A stretch of 64,000 bases of DNA from Amoebophrya sp. A120 (lineage: Eukaryota > Protista > Dinoflagellata). The stretch spans positions 3,715,600 through 3,779,599 of the forward strand of contig CAJINV010000003.1 of the NCBI GenBank assembly GCA_905178155.1. Direction: 5' to 3'. The stretch's first letter is position 1; each line of letters begins with the position of its first letter. Of the stretch, positions 35,876-48,900 are shown piece by piece. The notes beneath the pieces are model-generated. The model worked only from the letters and a program-made list of their open reading frames with translations. It ran no database searches and was not told where the DNA came from. The translations under genes were made by a program, and so were the position numbers.

Positions 35876-38679
35876 TCATGTTGTTTGCAGCAGCGGGCCA
35901 TTGGTTCTCTCGACCGGGGTAGGGGGCTTTCGAATTTCCGGCCGTCTTTCCGACGTCTTGATCAGGGTTTTGCTCGGACTGTTGTTCACCGCAGACTGTC
36001 CCTTCGACGTGCTTCGGCTTTCCACCGTTATGTCCGAAGCCTGGGAAGCTGTTGTCGACGCGCCATCGTTCCTGCTGGTAGCCATAGCAGGTGGCAGCTT
36101 CCCCCGATCGCTTCCACCTCGATCCGGAGGCACAAAATTTCCGCTCCCCGCCGAACTGCGTGACGCTTTCGCCGCAGCTGGATTTTTGTGTAGTATCTAT
36201 TTGCCATTGCTTATCCGCGGAGCCGCGCTTGTCCCTACTTTTTCCATCAAAAACATTTCGAACCCAGATCCCAATGATGTATCGTGTGTGAAGACTGGAG
36301 AAACAAGCTATTCTAGAAATCTATACCTTGCTTTCCCGCTGGCGTCGGCGGCTGGGACATGCGTTTCGGCCCCGCCGCGCGTTTCCTAGGCCCGGTGGAC
36401 GAGGAACTCGAGGCTGGCGCGCCTTCGTCACCCGTGCCCGCCGCGGCCCACGTACCAATGGCCTGGTTCAGCACGAGCCAGGGGGTGGGCAGGGCGGCCT
36501 TCATCAACGACTCCCGCTCCACGTTCGAGCACCCGATCACCGTGCACACGGCGGGAATCAGGGACTGCGCCTTCATGTCGCCCTTCTGCGCGTACTCGCA
36601 GTACTTGTACACCACCTCGCGCAGGTAGGCCTTGTCCACGTTCGCATCGGACATGATCTCCAGCTCCCGTATCCTCTTCTTCATGCCCACCTGCTCGTCG
36701 TTGTTCTTGCGCATCTTCTGCTCCATCTCCCGCACCTGGAACCGCAGCTTCCGCGTCTCTTCGCCCTGCTCCCGGAGAATCAGGTCGCGGTTGGCCTGTT
36801 GTTGACAAGTGGGTGGGTAGGGATAATTTTTGCTTGTTTTTATTTATGATTTGAACTCCACGACCGGTTGCTCTTTTGCTGTAAAAAGACAAGGATCCAC
36901 GCTCACTGTGTACTATAAAGAATTTCCACTTCTCACAAGATGAACCCGTGCCAATACACTAATTGCGACCACAAACCTGCAATTCTGCGGCCTTGGTGAT
37001 CATGCGGCTTGTGTCGAGCTCCTCTTCCATTTTCGCGATGTCATGCTCCATCTTTGACATTTGTTTCTCTTTTGTGCTCAGCTGCTCGGTATACTGGCGC
37101 TTTTCCTCGGCGTGCTGGCTTTTCACGGACTGTAGCATGCGCTGTCCGAGCTCTAGCTCCGCGCGGTACGATCCCTGTTTTTAAGGTATCCATCGCGAAA
37201 GGTTTAGAATTCATAGCATGCACAAAAAGCATCAATACTGGCAGTTTAAAAACATCTTCGTTCCCGGCACCAGCACATAAGAAGATATTACGCGTGAAAG
37301 TAGATTTTGGCCCCGTGGAAGGTGAGTAAACATACTATAAGTACGTCGATCTGGTCGCACTTCGACGTGAGCGCCAAGTTTTCCTGCTGCAGCTGTTGAA
37401 TCCTCTGCTCGAGGTCGCGCACGCGCCCCTGGTCGACTCCAGAAGCAACTACACCGGGCGCTGCTCCCTGATCCGTCGCACCACCACTGGAGGACGATCC
37501 CGCGCCGCCGGATTGCATTTTGCTCGTCAGCTGCTGCGCTCGGTTGTTGTTCTGCGCCCGAAGGTTTTGGATTTGCAACTGCAAATCCTTGTTTTCCGCC
37601 TTCAGGGACCGGTTCTGGCTCTCCATCGCTTTCACGTTTTGGTTCGTGTTCTGCATGTTCTGCTGTGCTACAATGTTGGCCTCCTGCAACGACCGGTTCT
37701 GGAGTTCCTCCAACATGATCCACTTCGCGCGGAGCTGCGCCTCCAGAGTGGCCGTCTGGTCCGAAAGCATCTGCTCGGCCTCATTGGGAAAGACCAATCG
37801 CACAAAGTCGCGTAACACGTTCAGCTCGCGGTCCTTCCCCTCCAAGGACTCAATCCCCGGCGTAAGCAGCTCGAAATTTATCTGGGATAGAACAACAATA
37901 GTTGTAGGGAACAAGCACAACTTCAAGAACAAAATGATCTTCGGACAGAAGCAGAACGAACACGAAATTTGTCCTGTGCACCAGTCGCAAAATAAAGCAT
38001 TTATGCAACGACCCAGAGAGCAAAACCACAGAGTAGATCCATGATGATCTTGGGCCTCTTAGTACCGGCGTCTCCTGCGCTGCCGCCTCTTCGAACGCAG
38101 TTTCGGGATCCGGCAGCAGCAGTTTGCAAAACCGCAAAAAGCTTGCGCGATCTTCATGCAATATCTTGTTGTATGGATGTGTCAGGATCGAAATCGACAA
38201 AGTCGGAAAATTTGTGACGCATAAAATGCAGGGCACTTGAGGCCTGTATTGGGGAGCAGGCAAATGAGACCGATTGTGAGCCTGTTTAGGGGTATGCAAT
38301 GTGCTGCAAGAGTAGCATGACAGGAGCAGTCTTCTTTGCCCAAACAGCATGACAGGCTGGATTTGGGTGCTGCCGAAATTTGTCATGCGCCACTAACAAA
38401 CTGAGGATCTAACTGGTATCGATTTTATGCATCACAAGTTTTTCGACTTTGTCAATTTCGATTCTGACACTTCCCTATGTTGAAGCGCAGTAGTTTTACG
38501 TACCGGTCCTCGATTTTGTCTAGCTTGGCCTCCACCGTCTTCAGTTCCTTGTCTTTTTTCTTGATCAGCGCAATCAGGGTCTCGCGTGGAACTTGGCTCG
38601 AGGAGCTACTCGACGCAGCACCATCTCCGCTGCCAGTCGTGGCGCTCGGCTGGCTGCTCGAGCCCGCAGCGTCCGACAT
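35876..38679 (-). CDS. GRIP-domain coiled-coil protein (golgin-like); last exon uncertain (stop at 36313 or 35876)
   Basis: Coiled-coil exons joined by GT-AG introns and element G (LRFN-KILHEDR). C-terminal VDKAYLREVVYKY..SLIPAVCTVIGCSNVERESL fits the GRIP pattern. Confidence 0.8.
38172..38477. mobile_element. Introner family G (306 bp)
   Basis: ~56-bp TIRs beginning TATGGATGTGTCAGGATCGAAATCGACAAAGTCG and ending CGACTTTGTCAATTTCGATTCTGACACTTCCCTA. TSD TGTTG. Confidence 0.94.
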
Positions 38680-39162
38680 TGCAGCCCCGGTAGGTAGTTG
38701 TGTTGGCGGTGCAGAAGGGCAGAGTCACTCGCGGCCTCTTTCGATTCTTGTCGCACGCCGCGTGACCAGCGCACCGAACAAACTTTCAGCAGCGCTTCTA
38801 ACGTGCAGCAACACGACCGCCCATTTTTTTCACAGTGTCGTTGCGTCGACCGAAAGAAATACCAGTAAATTGCTTTATATTAGGCGGACACATCACTTTT
38901 TAGAACAGTGGATCTTCGTTCGGCCTGCTGGAAGTTCGGAGAAAGCTGAACAACCATCGGGGCTCAGCGCTTACGTGCCAAGTGGCACTACCGCACCAAA
39001 CAGGTCGCAAGTCCGCCGGAGCATTCCAGCTCTGCGGCGACGTAGCTTATATCAGACAGGGTAAAACCAAGAAGATGCGCAAGAAAAGTCGATGAAGCCG
39101 CGATGAATGTCACTACGACTTCTTGTTTTTATGACTTGTTCGTACAGGAGCTTCGTGGCGAT

Positions 39163-41246
39163 TCAACACGTTTTTGAGCCACTATCTGCGCTCCGCAGAA
39201 TGCGCTCTTCCTCCTTCTGTACATGCCGTCGCAGAAAGTCTATCGACGCCGCTGTCTTGGGGTTTTTGCTTCCTCCCTTGTTCCCTGACCCCGCAACCGG
39301 CGAGGGCCCCGTGGCTCCTCCAACAGCTCCTGCGGGCGTGAGCTGCTGCTGCTGCTCCAAAACTTTCTGAAAGTGGGAGGTATTCCGGTGCTCCGCGAGT
39401 GAGATTTTGTCGCTCAGATGCTCACACTTTCTGGACAATCCACGGGCCTTATCCACATTCAAAAGTGCCTCGCGTTGAAACTTTGCGCGCTGCTCGGATT
39501 CCTGTGCAGAAAGATCATTTTCGTGGTGGGCTACGCGGAGGTCGCAGAATAAACATGAAATGCAAGAAGTTGACCACGATCCAGCACACTGACATTAGGA
39601 GTGCTCCCATGCTGACCGTTTGACAACAACTTGTTTAGCACAAATAAGTAGAACTCAGAGATGAAATTGTAATTGAACTGTCTTCTTCAGTACGTGCAAC
39701 AGCTCTTGCTCGAGGTATTTTAGTTTTTCTTCCAGGCGAATGTTGTGTCGCGTGGTGTCCGCGAGTTCGGGTTCCAGAACCAAGCAGCGGTTGCGCCAGA
39801 GGTCCATTTTCTGTACGTTCTCCTGGTACTCCGCCTTCACCGCCTCCTTTTCCTGAAACGCCAGGCGCAACTCGCCTCGCAAATTGTCCGCCATCAACTG
39901 GGTAGTGGGAATCATGGTTCTTTGTGTGATGTGACGGGACGACAAGCATGCTTCTTTCGTGAAGTTCTGTAAGACCTGATGAAGTCGTACAAAAGCCGCG
40001 CAGGACATTGGTGGCGAACTGATTCTAAAAATACCTGCAGACTCTCGTTTTCCCGCCGAAGGGCGTCGATGGTTTCTAGGTACCCGGACTCCGCTTTTTC
40101 CAAGTCATCGTTCCGCGCCAGCAGTTCTTCGTTTTTTTCCGCGAGCTCGTCGGCGCGACGCGACAACCCCTCCAACTCCTCGCCGCTTGACTCGACCTCG
40201 TTTGCCTTTGCACCTGTCGGCAGACGGAGTTGTCTTTTGTAGTTGAAGGGCATGATACAACGCACCCACTGATGCACCGTCCTCTGGGTCGTTGAAGTAC
40301 TAGAACGCGAAAATCATTACTTAATGACATGACTGTGCTGAGATCTTCAACCTGATCGTGCTGCGGCGACGCAAAAACGCAACTTCTCGCACTCAAGAGA
40401 GTCAACCCTACGATAGATAGGTACTTACTCAGATCTTGCAGGAGTTTCACCCGACCGGCCTCGAGTTCTTTCTTCTCGGATGCAAGTACGTCGCACTTGC
40501 GTATCTCTTCCCGCAATTTTTCCTTTATTCTCCCTTCTTGCTCGCGCAACGCACTGATTGTCCCCTCCGCGTGCTTCGCGTCTGCCTCGATTTTTGTATT
40601 CCGCGCGCGCACCGCGTCCAGCCGCTCTTTGTACGCGAGCTGTTGCTGTTGCAACTCCTTCGTTTCCGCGAGCAGTGCGTTGACGCGCGAGTTCTTGGTA
40701 CTCAGCGCACGGCAAGTCTTCTGCAGTTCTTCCTTCTGCAGCTTAAAACACTGGAACTCCTCCCGCCACCGCTCGTCCTGCAGCTGGAGCTCCACGTCCT
40801 TGCGCTCCGATTGTTTTTTGTAGCTGGCGTTCTGCAGCCGCAACGTTTGCATTTCTTGGTACAACGTCTGCACCAGGTCGTCGTTGCGGTCCAGTTTTTG
40901 AAACAGCGCATCCACGGCGTTCTGCTCCTCGGATGGAGCTGCTGCTGCTGCACCACAACTTCCCTGCAGACCAGGGTCGACGGGTGGATGGAACACTGCC
41001 TCGCCCGGTGCGGCCTTCGGGAGGAGATGCAGTGCGGACGAAGCAGAGCCTGCTCCCTGGCTGCCTTGCACATGCTCCCGATCATTTTCTGCCACTTCTT
41101 CCGGGCAGGCATAGGCGCCGGCATGATCTTCTGGCCCTTCTAGTGCACGACCACCGCCCCTTGTGTCGGGCCTCCTCTCTTCGGTCCGCCGTTGCAATTC
41201 CTGTATTCGTTCCCGCGCAGCGCGAAGCTCCAATTCCAGTGTGCAC
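39163..41246 (-). CDS. Multi-exon coiled-coil hypothetical protein; 5' end unresolved
   Basis: E/K/L/Q-rich heptad ORFs 40076..41266, 39912..40277, 39655..40008 and 39163..39462 on the same strand, separated by intron-like stretches. Confidence 0.65.
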
Positions 41247-41874
41247 CTGAGCGAGTAGTGCAACAAACACGGATAAAAACAGTTTCATTCAACGTATTCA
41301 AATTTGATCTTGAGCAAGACGGGATTTTTCAATGCAGTGGACCACGAACGCGGACACGACAGGAGGAAGAAAAACGATAAAAATGCTTGAGGCATCACTT
41401 CAAACTTCAGCAGGCCACATCGGCCTAAGCCTGCTGGGCTCGCGTAACCAGGCAGAGTTCTATCATCTCCCTCTCCGACCAAATTGAAAATTCGGACACG
41501 CCCTCTCTCTTTTGCCCGAACTCCTCGCTCTTTTGATTAAGTAGTCTCTTTCGGTGCCACGAAAGCTGTAAGAAAAAAAAGAACAGTACAACTCTACTGG
41601 ACTCGGGCTCGAAAAAAAAAACTCCATGTAATCAGAGAGACCCCCTTTTGTTGTAAGGCAACGTGCTGGGTTGTGTCGTTTTAAAATCATCTTTTCTAGT
41701 CGTCTCAGGGAGGAAGGAGTCAATCTTTGACAGCGCTCCCGGGAAGATGAACAGCATCCGGTGATGGATCTCCCACCGAGAAGATGCCCACCACCACGCG
41801 TTGGATCAGTCATTGGGAACAAGTAGATTCTGTGTCGCTAATATAATCGGAGTTCTTTGATATTGGGTTCAACT

Positions 41875-44800
41875 CTAATCCCCTTGGGAGTCGTCAATGT
41901 AGTGCAGCGTGTAGAGAATTATGCAGCGCCAGAGCTTGATGCAAAACTTTTGCGTCTCGTCGTCGAGAAATTTGTCCAGCTCCGCCAGCATGTCGTCGGT
42001 CGTCATTTTTTGCGTCTTCACCTTCTGGACCACCGAGTAAATGTAGTCAATCACAGACGCCTCCTCTTTGTCGTACAGCTCTTTCACCTTCTTCGTGATC
42101 CACGGCTTGACCTGTGAGAATAAAATGAACAGATTACACCAACTGCATTTCGACTTTAGTATAGGAGTGGGACTCATTTCATCTACTTCCTTTCCAAAAA
42201 AAAATGAAGACTACAACAGGTCGGCCGAGCCAATCAAGTCCTCGTCGCTAAAGCAGTGCGCTAAAGTAGTGCGCTAAAGTAGTGCGCTAAAGTAGTGCGC
42301 TAAAGCAGTGCGCTAAAGCAGTGCGCGAAAGTGCGCCAAAGTAGTGCGCTAAAGTAGTGCGCTAAAGCAGCGTGCTAAAGTAGTGCGCTAAAGCAGCGCG
42401 CTAAAGCAGTGCGCTAAAGCAGTGCGCTAAAGCAGTGCGCTAAAGCAGTACTAAAGCCGTGCTACCAGCATGCGAGGCAACCTAGCTGCGAAGCACTCTG
42501 GCTAGCCAGAGCGAAGCACTTTGGCCGCAAGCGTCGAAAGCAATTTATGCGTAAATAGACCTATACCTTTAACTCCAGTAATTCGTTTTTGTCGATGATT
42601 CCCCAATTGATCGGGTAGTCAAAGACTGCGTCGCCCTCGGGAATGGTTTGGATCAAAGCCTGCAGATCTTTCTGCGGGCGCGCCCTCGACGGTTCATCCC
42701 GATCGCCCCGTCTATTGCTGCGCTCCCGGCTGTGCCGTCGCCGTCCCCTCCGATCGCCACTCGGCGACCGCCGCCGGCGCCGCAGGTCGCTTGTGCCCGT
42801 CAACCGTTCGACGGCTTCTCGCGTTTTGCGCTCCTCGTCTGCTTTCAGTCGCTGTTCCAACTCCAGCTGTTCCTTCCGAATCGCTTCCTTCTCCCGCTCG
42901 GCGTTCTCCTGTCGTTCCTTTTCCAGGTCCTCCTCGTCCTCGTCGAGTTCGCGTTTCATGTGCTGCTTCATTCGGGCTTCCAGCCCGGGGAAGGCCCGTC
43001 GCCGCGACCGCCGGGGCCGGGGGGCGCGAGCCAGGTACAGGTCCGTACGAACCTGGTCCTTTGCGAGCAGCTCCGCTCGACGATCCGACATCCGCATGTC
43101 CGCTGTAGTTGATTTTGGGTGTGGTTTTTTCTCATTTCCGGGGCTTGTTGCTTTGTTCAAGTTCATCTTGCTGAATCTAGGCACTCAATAACAATTGTAC
43201 AAAGACGTGTGTCCGCAGTACTTGTAAAGAATCAAGCAGTGATTTATACCGTCAGCTATTCTGGTGACCGTTCCCGAGGACGACTCCGTGACCTGGAGCC
43301 GCTTCAGCTCGTCGCGGAATTCCTGGAGCTTTTCTTGCTCGCGTCTCTCGAAATTTCGAACAGCGGTGTCGTCTTCCCGACGTTGCCGTCGCTCCTCTTC
43401 CGCGATGCGTTCCTCGCGGTCTCGCTCCTGGAAACAGTTGTCGATCAGAAGGGTGAGCAGGAGTACTAGACCCCATTTCTTATTCTAGAGAACACCCGGC
43501 ATGTAGTCTGCTGGGATTGGAAAAGCACAAGCAGCTCACGACAAAAAAATAAAACCACGATCATGTTGATGTCCTGTATACGCATGCAAGGTCTTTTCTT
43601 GCGAAGAAGTATCGGTAGTGTAGTACCTTCCGGTGTGGCCTTCGGTTTTCGGGTTTTTTCACGGGGTCTCGTTCCTCCGGCTCTTTCTCCTTGTCTTTCT
43701 TAGCCGCTTCGTCCCGCTTCCCCTTTGACTCGGCCAGTTCCTTTCTGATGCGGGCCAGGTCGTCCGCTCTCCTCTTCTCGTCCTCCAACTTGCGCTTACG
43801 CTCCTCGAGGGCGCGCTCCTGCTCCTGAATCTTGCGCTCCCGCTCCTTCCGCTGCTCGGGAGTGACCGTCTGCAAAAATTGCTCGTACTCCCGGTCTATC
43901 AACTGCAAATATGTCTGGGTCTGGGAGATTGCGAGATTTGTCATGCTAGTCTGGCATGACTCGAGAATCTGTGTTGCATAGGCACAAAAAGGCCCTCTTG
44001 CCTGTCATGCAAAAACGCAGTTTGCCATGCGGAATACGTAAGACATGGCTGCCAAAGAATTTGTCATGCGTAGCTGCGTATTGCAGTGCGTCTATCATTA
44101 ACTTTTAGCATTACAAGTTTCCAGACCTAGACATTTTTGCATTTGATACGGTCTGCGGCCGCAATATTCTCTAGTAATGCCGTGCGAACCGTGTCCATTT
44201 CGCTCGCCAGCAAAGAGTCCACCTCGTCGTCAGCCATTGGAATCATCTCGATATCTGACCCATCGCTTCCCTCCTGAGTTTGATGTTTTTGGGTAAAGTT
44301 GAGGCTAGTTAGTAGTAAAACACGATAGGGACGGCAATTATCAGCGGTGAACATTCGTTTCCCTGATATCTGGATACTTTACGCCGTAGTACGGGAGTTT
44401 TCGAACAAAACTCTATGAATGAAGCTGAGTTGTACCTCTAGCCCCGAACAACCAAAGCGGATATTTTTCAAAAAAACCTTCTGTACCTTGACCCGGGTCT
44501 TTTGGCAGAGGTTGGGGTTGGCTTCCCGGAATTTTGTGCGCTCCTCCGCTCGGAACTCTTCCAAATCCGCCTGCATCTCGGCGGAGACTTTGAGCATCAA
44601 AGACTGGTTCAAAATTTTCATGGCGGGCAGCCCTTCTTTTTCGACGTCCCCGTTGAGAAAGGTCATCACCGCGTTCACCTCCCGTATGTTGCCGAAGTGG
44701 CAAAACGCGAACTTTGCGGGCACGTTCGTGACCGGGTCGGTCTGCCGGTCCCATTTCACGATCCGGCCGCAGCAGCCGAAGATGGCCCGGAGGGACTCGT

Positions 44801-45614
44801 CGGGCAGGTCCTGCGGAATCCGGCTGACGATGACGATCGGGTCCGGCGTCACTTTCTTATCTTTGGGAGACGAGGAAATTATGTTATCCCCCTCCGGCCC
44901 GGGTCCCTTCGTGCCGGATAGGGGCGGCACCGTGGAGGCGGTCGTGGGAACAGCCGCGGCCGTAGTCGGCGGAGAGCTGTATGCGGCGGTTTTGCTGGTC
45001 GCGTCGCCCGCCGAGGAGGATATCGAGCCTGATTTCGGGACGATCGCGGAGCCAAGATTAGACGCATCGACGCCAGCTTGATGAAAATTAGGGGGCACTC
45101 CGGACAAGCCGGGGGGAACGGGGGTAGCGCCGGGGGGAACGGTGGTCGTCCCGTTGTTTAGTTCTACTTCCGGATGATCTGCGGGGTTGCCGTTTATTTC
45201 CGGGTTGCTGCTCTGGTGCTGGTCCCGCAGTACGTGGGGCGGCTTGTTCTCGTAAACCGCCTGGCCGGAGGCGCCGAAGTTTCGCATCGTGTGCATTGCG
45301 GGCGCCTTGCTTTTGGCAGTGGACGACGCGAGCGCGTGCGCCATGTCGCCAACGCGACCAGGCATCTTCCCGCCAAACGCGGCCCCGCCCGGAACGGCGT
45401 TGCGCTGCATCTGCTGCATTTGTAGTTGCATCATCATCTGCATTTGCTGCATCTGTTGCTGCGGGTTCAGCATCGCGTTTCCCTGCGGCGGCATGCCGTT
45501 CATCATATTCATGTTCATCATCATGGGATTCATATTCATCATGCCCGGAGGTCCCATCATCGGCGGCCGCATGCCCGGCCACCCGCCGGCGCCGGGGGGT
45601 GGAAAGCCCGACAT
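41875..45614 (-). CDS. RBM25: RBM25/Snu71-like splicing factor (Pro/Met-rich N-terminus, RRM, Arg/Glu-rich middle, PWI domain)
   Basis: RRM (VIVSRIPQDL..IFGCCGRIVKWDRQTDP..FAFCHF), LIQTIP..VFDYPINW, and PWI (VKPWITKKVKEL..EEASVIDYI..LDDETQKFCIKLWRCII). Element A6 is removed in frame (AADR-EYEQ). Confidence 0.85.
42246..42457. repeat. 13-bp minisatellite (GCGCTAAAGYAGT)x~16 inside the last RBM25-like intron
   Basis: Tandem array visible directly in the sequence. Confidence 0.92.
43897..44148. mobile_element. Introner family A, copy A6 (252 bp)
   Basis: TATCAACTGCAAATATGTCTGGGTCTGG / CCAGACCTAGACATTTTTGCATTTGATA. TSD CGGTC. Confidence 0.95.
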
Positions 45615-46254
45615 AGCCAGGAGTCAACTACGTTGTTGCGATTAGCCAATCCTACGACCTAGTCCCTCTCCTTGGAAGCGACGGAAGCAGGTGCGGTCCA
45701 TTTGATGTTTAAATTACGAATGACGACATTTTCTTCATATTGCGTATTCCTAGAGACAAGAAAAAATATGTCACAGAGAAAAGGAGATCCATGCGTTATT
45801 GATTACTGCCGAAAGTAGAAAATCGGCCGTCCCGCTTTGTGTTTTTGCCTGTCAGAAATTTGAATCGGAGCGCCGAAATTATACATGAACGTCATTTCGA
45901 AGTGCGCGTGACCCAATGCACCAGCAGCGGGAGCAGATCTTGACAAAACCATTTCAATACGGAAGGGTGAGTGGAACCACAAAATTTTTTCTCGGCGGTG
46001 CACGCAAATGCATTCGGATTGTGTAAGAGAGACCACATTGTCGCGCCGAATTTTCTAGGTCTGGAGGATCATTGGCGCCTCGGTTGTAGGAACGGGATTT
46101 GATGTAAGTAGCTTTTCTTTGCGCATGAAGATGCGTCGTGAAAAAAAAATCCTATTTTTCTTTTTTTTGTTGTGCGACGCAAATTCTAACGCTCGCAGCG
46201 CAGCCGCGAGAACGTAAAAAGTTAACAACACTAAATCGAACAAACCCACCATTG

Positions 46255-46608
46255 TCAAAAACAAATGCAACTAGATAGAAAAGTACTGTACTGCTCACGT
46301 TCGCGCGCTAGGTTCTGTGCCTGCAAAGCGTGCCGCTCCCGCTTACTGGATTCCAGATCTCCCCGGAGATTGGCCAGACTCGCCGCGGTGAGGTTGTCAC
46401 TTGTTTCTTTGTGCGACTGTAGCGTGTCGAGGTCAATGCGAAGCTGGTCTCGTTCCTGCTGAAGGTCCGCTTTTTCGGCTTCCGCCTGCTGCAGGTGCGA
46501 AAAGAGATTCGTAAACTTCTTGCACAAAAATTCTACGCTCGCTTCGCCGACGGCTGCGGTTGACGAGGTCGCCCGGCCGCCGTGCGCACTGCTTACACTG
46601 TTGGGCAT
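46255..46608 (-). CDS. Short coiled-coil ORF or exon, hypothetical
   Basis: 117-aa ORF with heptad-like composition (LQQAEAEKADLQQERDQLRIDLDTLQ). Gene boundaries are unclear. Confidence 0.45.
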   Translation of the reverse strand: MPNSVSSAHGGRATSSTAAVGEASVEFLCKKFTNLFSHLQQAEAEKADLQQERDQLRIDLDTLQSHKETSDNLTAASLANLRGDLESSKRERHALQAQNLAREREQYSTFLSSCICF

Positions 46609-46859
46609 TATTCCCTTGCTGGCCTCGTTCCTCTACTCCTCTACTTGGCGACTAAAGATTTCACCGGGGGCGCGATGCTGCCTCGCGTCGCCTAGTGAAA
46701 CAAAAAGCGTGCGCAGCATCGACAAAAGTTGAAGTAATTGACTCTGAAGGTGCGACTCTCTCCCTCAAACCCAGGCCAAGTTCGTACTCGCCCGCGCGTT
46801 TGTCGAACACTTGTTGCGGGACGGCAGGACAACGCAGGAATTTGCGCCCCAACCGCGGA

Positions 46860-48900
46860 CTTTTTGCCGCGCAAGCGCGCAACCGAGCGCAATGCGCATC
46901 AAGGCGCGTGCGCTGCGGGCCCCGGAAACACACGATCAGCCCTTCCTCGTCTTTGCAGAGGGGGGGGGGGTCTCTGGTGGAGGACGGGGGGCGTGGGGCT
47001 TGGCGCCCTCTAGGTCGGGCCGGCTCCGAAAGAGAAAGAGGGCCTTGGAACCAGGGCCGGCTCGGCAAGGCGCGAGCGGGCCCGGGCAAGCTTTCCAAAC
47101 CTCGCCCCGGGGCGCACACCGCGGGAGGGCCGACTGGAAGTGTAAAGCGCGGAGGCCATGCCCAGACGGCGCAGCACAGTCCGGCGCCCGTTGCAGCATC
47201 TGAAGCGCCACGGAAATCGGCTTGTCGGCGCCCCTCCGCCCGCCCGGGGGGGGGGGATAGGAAGGGGGGAAGGGGCCGACGGAGGGCGTTTCCGTCGCAA
47301 AGGCCTGCACTTTGCAGGGGCAGGGTGCTGCGGTAGGTGATGCCGTAACTCTATTGAGTGCCATGCAGGCTCCTCTTCTATGGTAGGAAGTAAATCACGT
47401 CGATCGTGTATGGTTTTCTGTTGTTTTCCCCATTAACTAAAATTGGAAAAGTTCCACACTTTCCAGTGAAGCTGTTAACTTGCAGACAAAACGATCCCAA
47501 TCATTAATAGCCTTGTAGTTTTCTGCATTTTCTGGAGATTAAAAGCTGCAAAAATGCAATCTGCCAGCTTTTTCCTAGACTTTCCAAAAACCGAAAAAAA
47601 AACAGAAAGAATTATAATATTGCCCAAGCTTCTGTAGGTCCACTTTACAATGAAAAAAAGAGACAGATAAGCACGCAGCCACTGATTTGAGTATATTTCA
47701 TCCATTTATATAGATAAACTTTGTGAATTTTGCTCACCCAAAACTTTAAAAAAAAATTTGAAGCTGTGAAAAATATTGAGCCACGTCCCCTGCTGGGTCT
47801 AGAATATACCCAAGTGAGACCACGGCTATGATTTATATTTTGCTACAGTCTTTATAAGGTAAAAAATCATCAAATTTTGGCAATTTTCAAAAATTGAAAA
47901 ATTTCACAAAAAATATCATTTTACTAAATCCATAAAAATTGCACAAAAAAAAACAAGCAAGAGTGTAGCTGATGCAATTATGTATGTTCTTCCTCTTCGA
48001 CATAGAAATAGGGTTCATCTCTGCAGTTTTGTTAAGAAAAAAAAAATGAAAAAATGAAAAATTTTGCAATTTGTGAAAATCTGATCGGATTTCTGTTTCA
48101 CAAAAAAGCTCGAGTGTGTTCATTGTATTCAGTGAGGTATTTGGTATATTTTGTAATCTGGATTACCGCTATTAGGTCACTTTTTCCTCAATTTGATCTA
48201 ATTCCAAAATTTTTAAAAAATTAAAAAATTTTGATGTTGCGAACTTTCCTTGAAAGTATCGCACTACATCGAATTTAGGTAGCATATAGCGTACATTCCT
48301 CATGATGCTGCTTATTAAACGTGGCAAAATCGGACATATTTAGTGCTCTCTCATTTTCAGAAAATCTAAAAAAATCGTAAAACTAGGGTAGGGAGAACAA
48401 GGTGTCCAGATTGTGGGTTCCAACGATGATCGACCGCACGCGGAGCCCCTCCTAGCGTCCAGCAATCGCCTTTGCACCGGCGGAAGCCGTCAGTCTGCGC
48501 GCGTTCGCTGCCTGGCCCGCCCGTGCCGCCTCCGTGGCCTGGTCCGGGGACCCGCCTCCCCCGTGATCCCGAATCGGGCGCCTTTTTCACTGCTTTTAGC
48601 GCGCGTATGCGAACCCGATTCCGGGCGGCGGTGTGGCGCCGCGGTTCTCCCTTCCCGGGGCGGCGCCGGATCCGCCGGGCCACCGAAACTACGTCGCGCG
48701 CTCTTTGTTTCGGCCCGTGCAATTGAAGCGCGCACGCCCGCGGGGGCGCACGGATCCGCGCCCGCCGCCTGCAATCATCGTGTGCCGCCGCGGTCATCCC
48801 GCGACGCGGAGCTACGGGCTTAGGTACCGCTCTCGGAGGACGCGCTCGCTTTTCGGGTCCGCCCTCTGTCTCTTGTGCGACTGGTGTTCTTTTCTGTGAT
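46860..48900. promoter_or_regulatory. GC-rich / AT-rich / GC-rich block in the divergent strand-switch region (function inferred)
   Basis: Sample lines: 47041-47100 and 48661-48720 are each 43/60 GC, while 47881-47940 is 9/60 GC. The block lies between the minus-strand and plus-strand gene blocks. Confidence 0.4.

Noticed and set aside
42246-42457. Interstitial telomeric repeat
   Set aside because: The 13-bp unit does not resemble TTTAGGG/TTAGGG-type repeats.
46661-48899. Arg/Gly/Pro-rich ORFs in the GC-rich arms
   Set aside because: Overlapping ORFs occur in most frames because stops are rare at high GC, and none has a recognisable domain.
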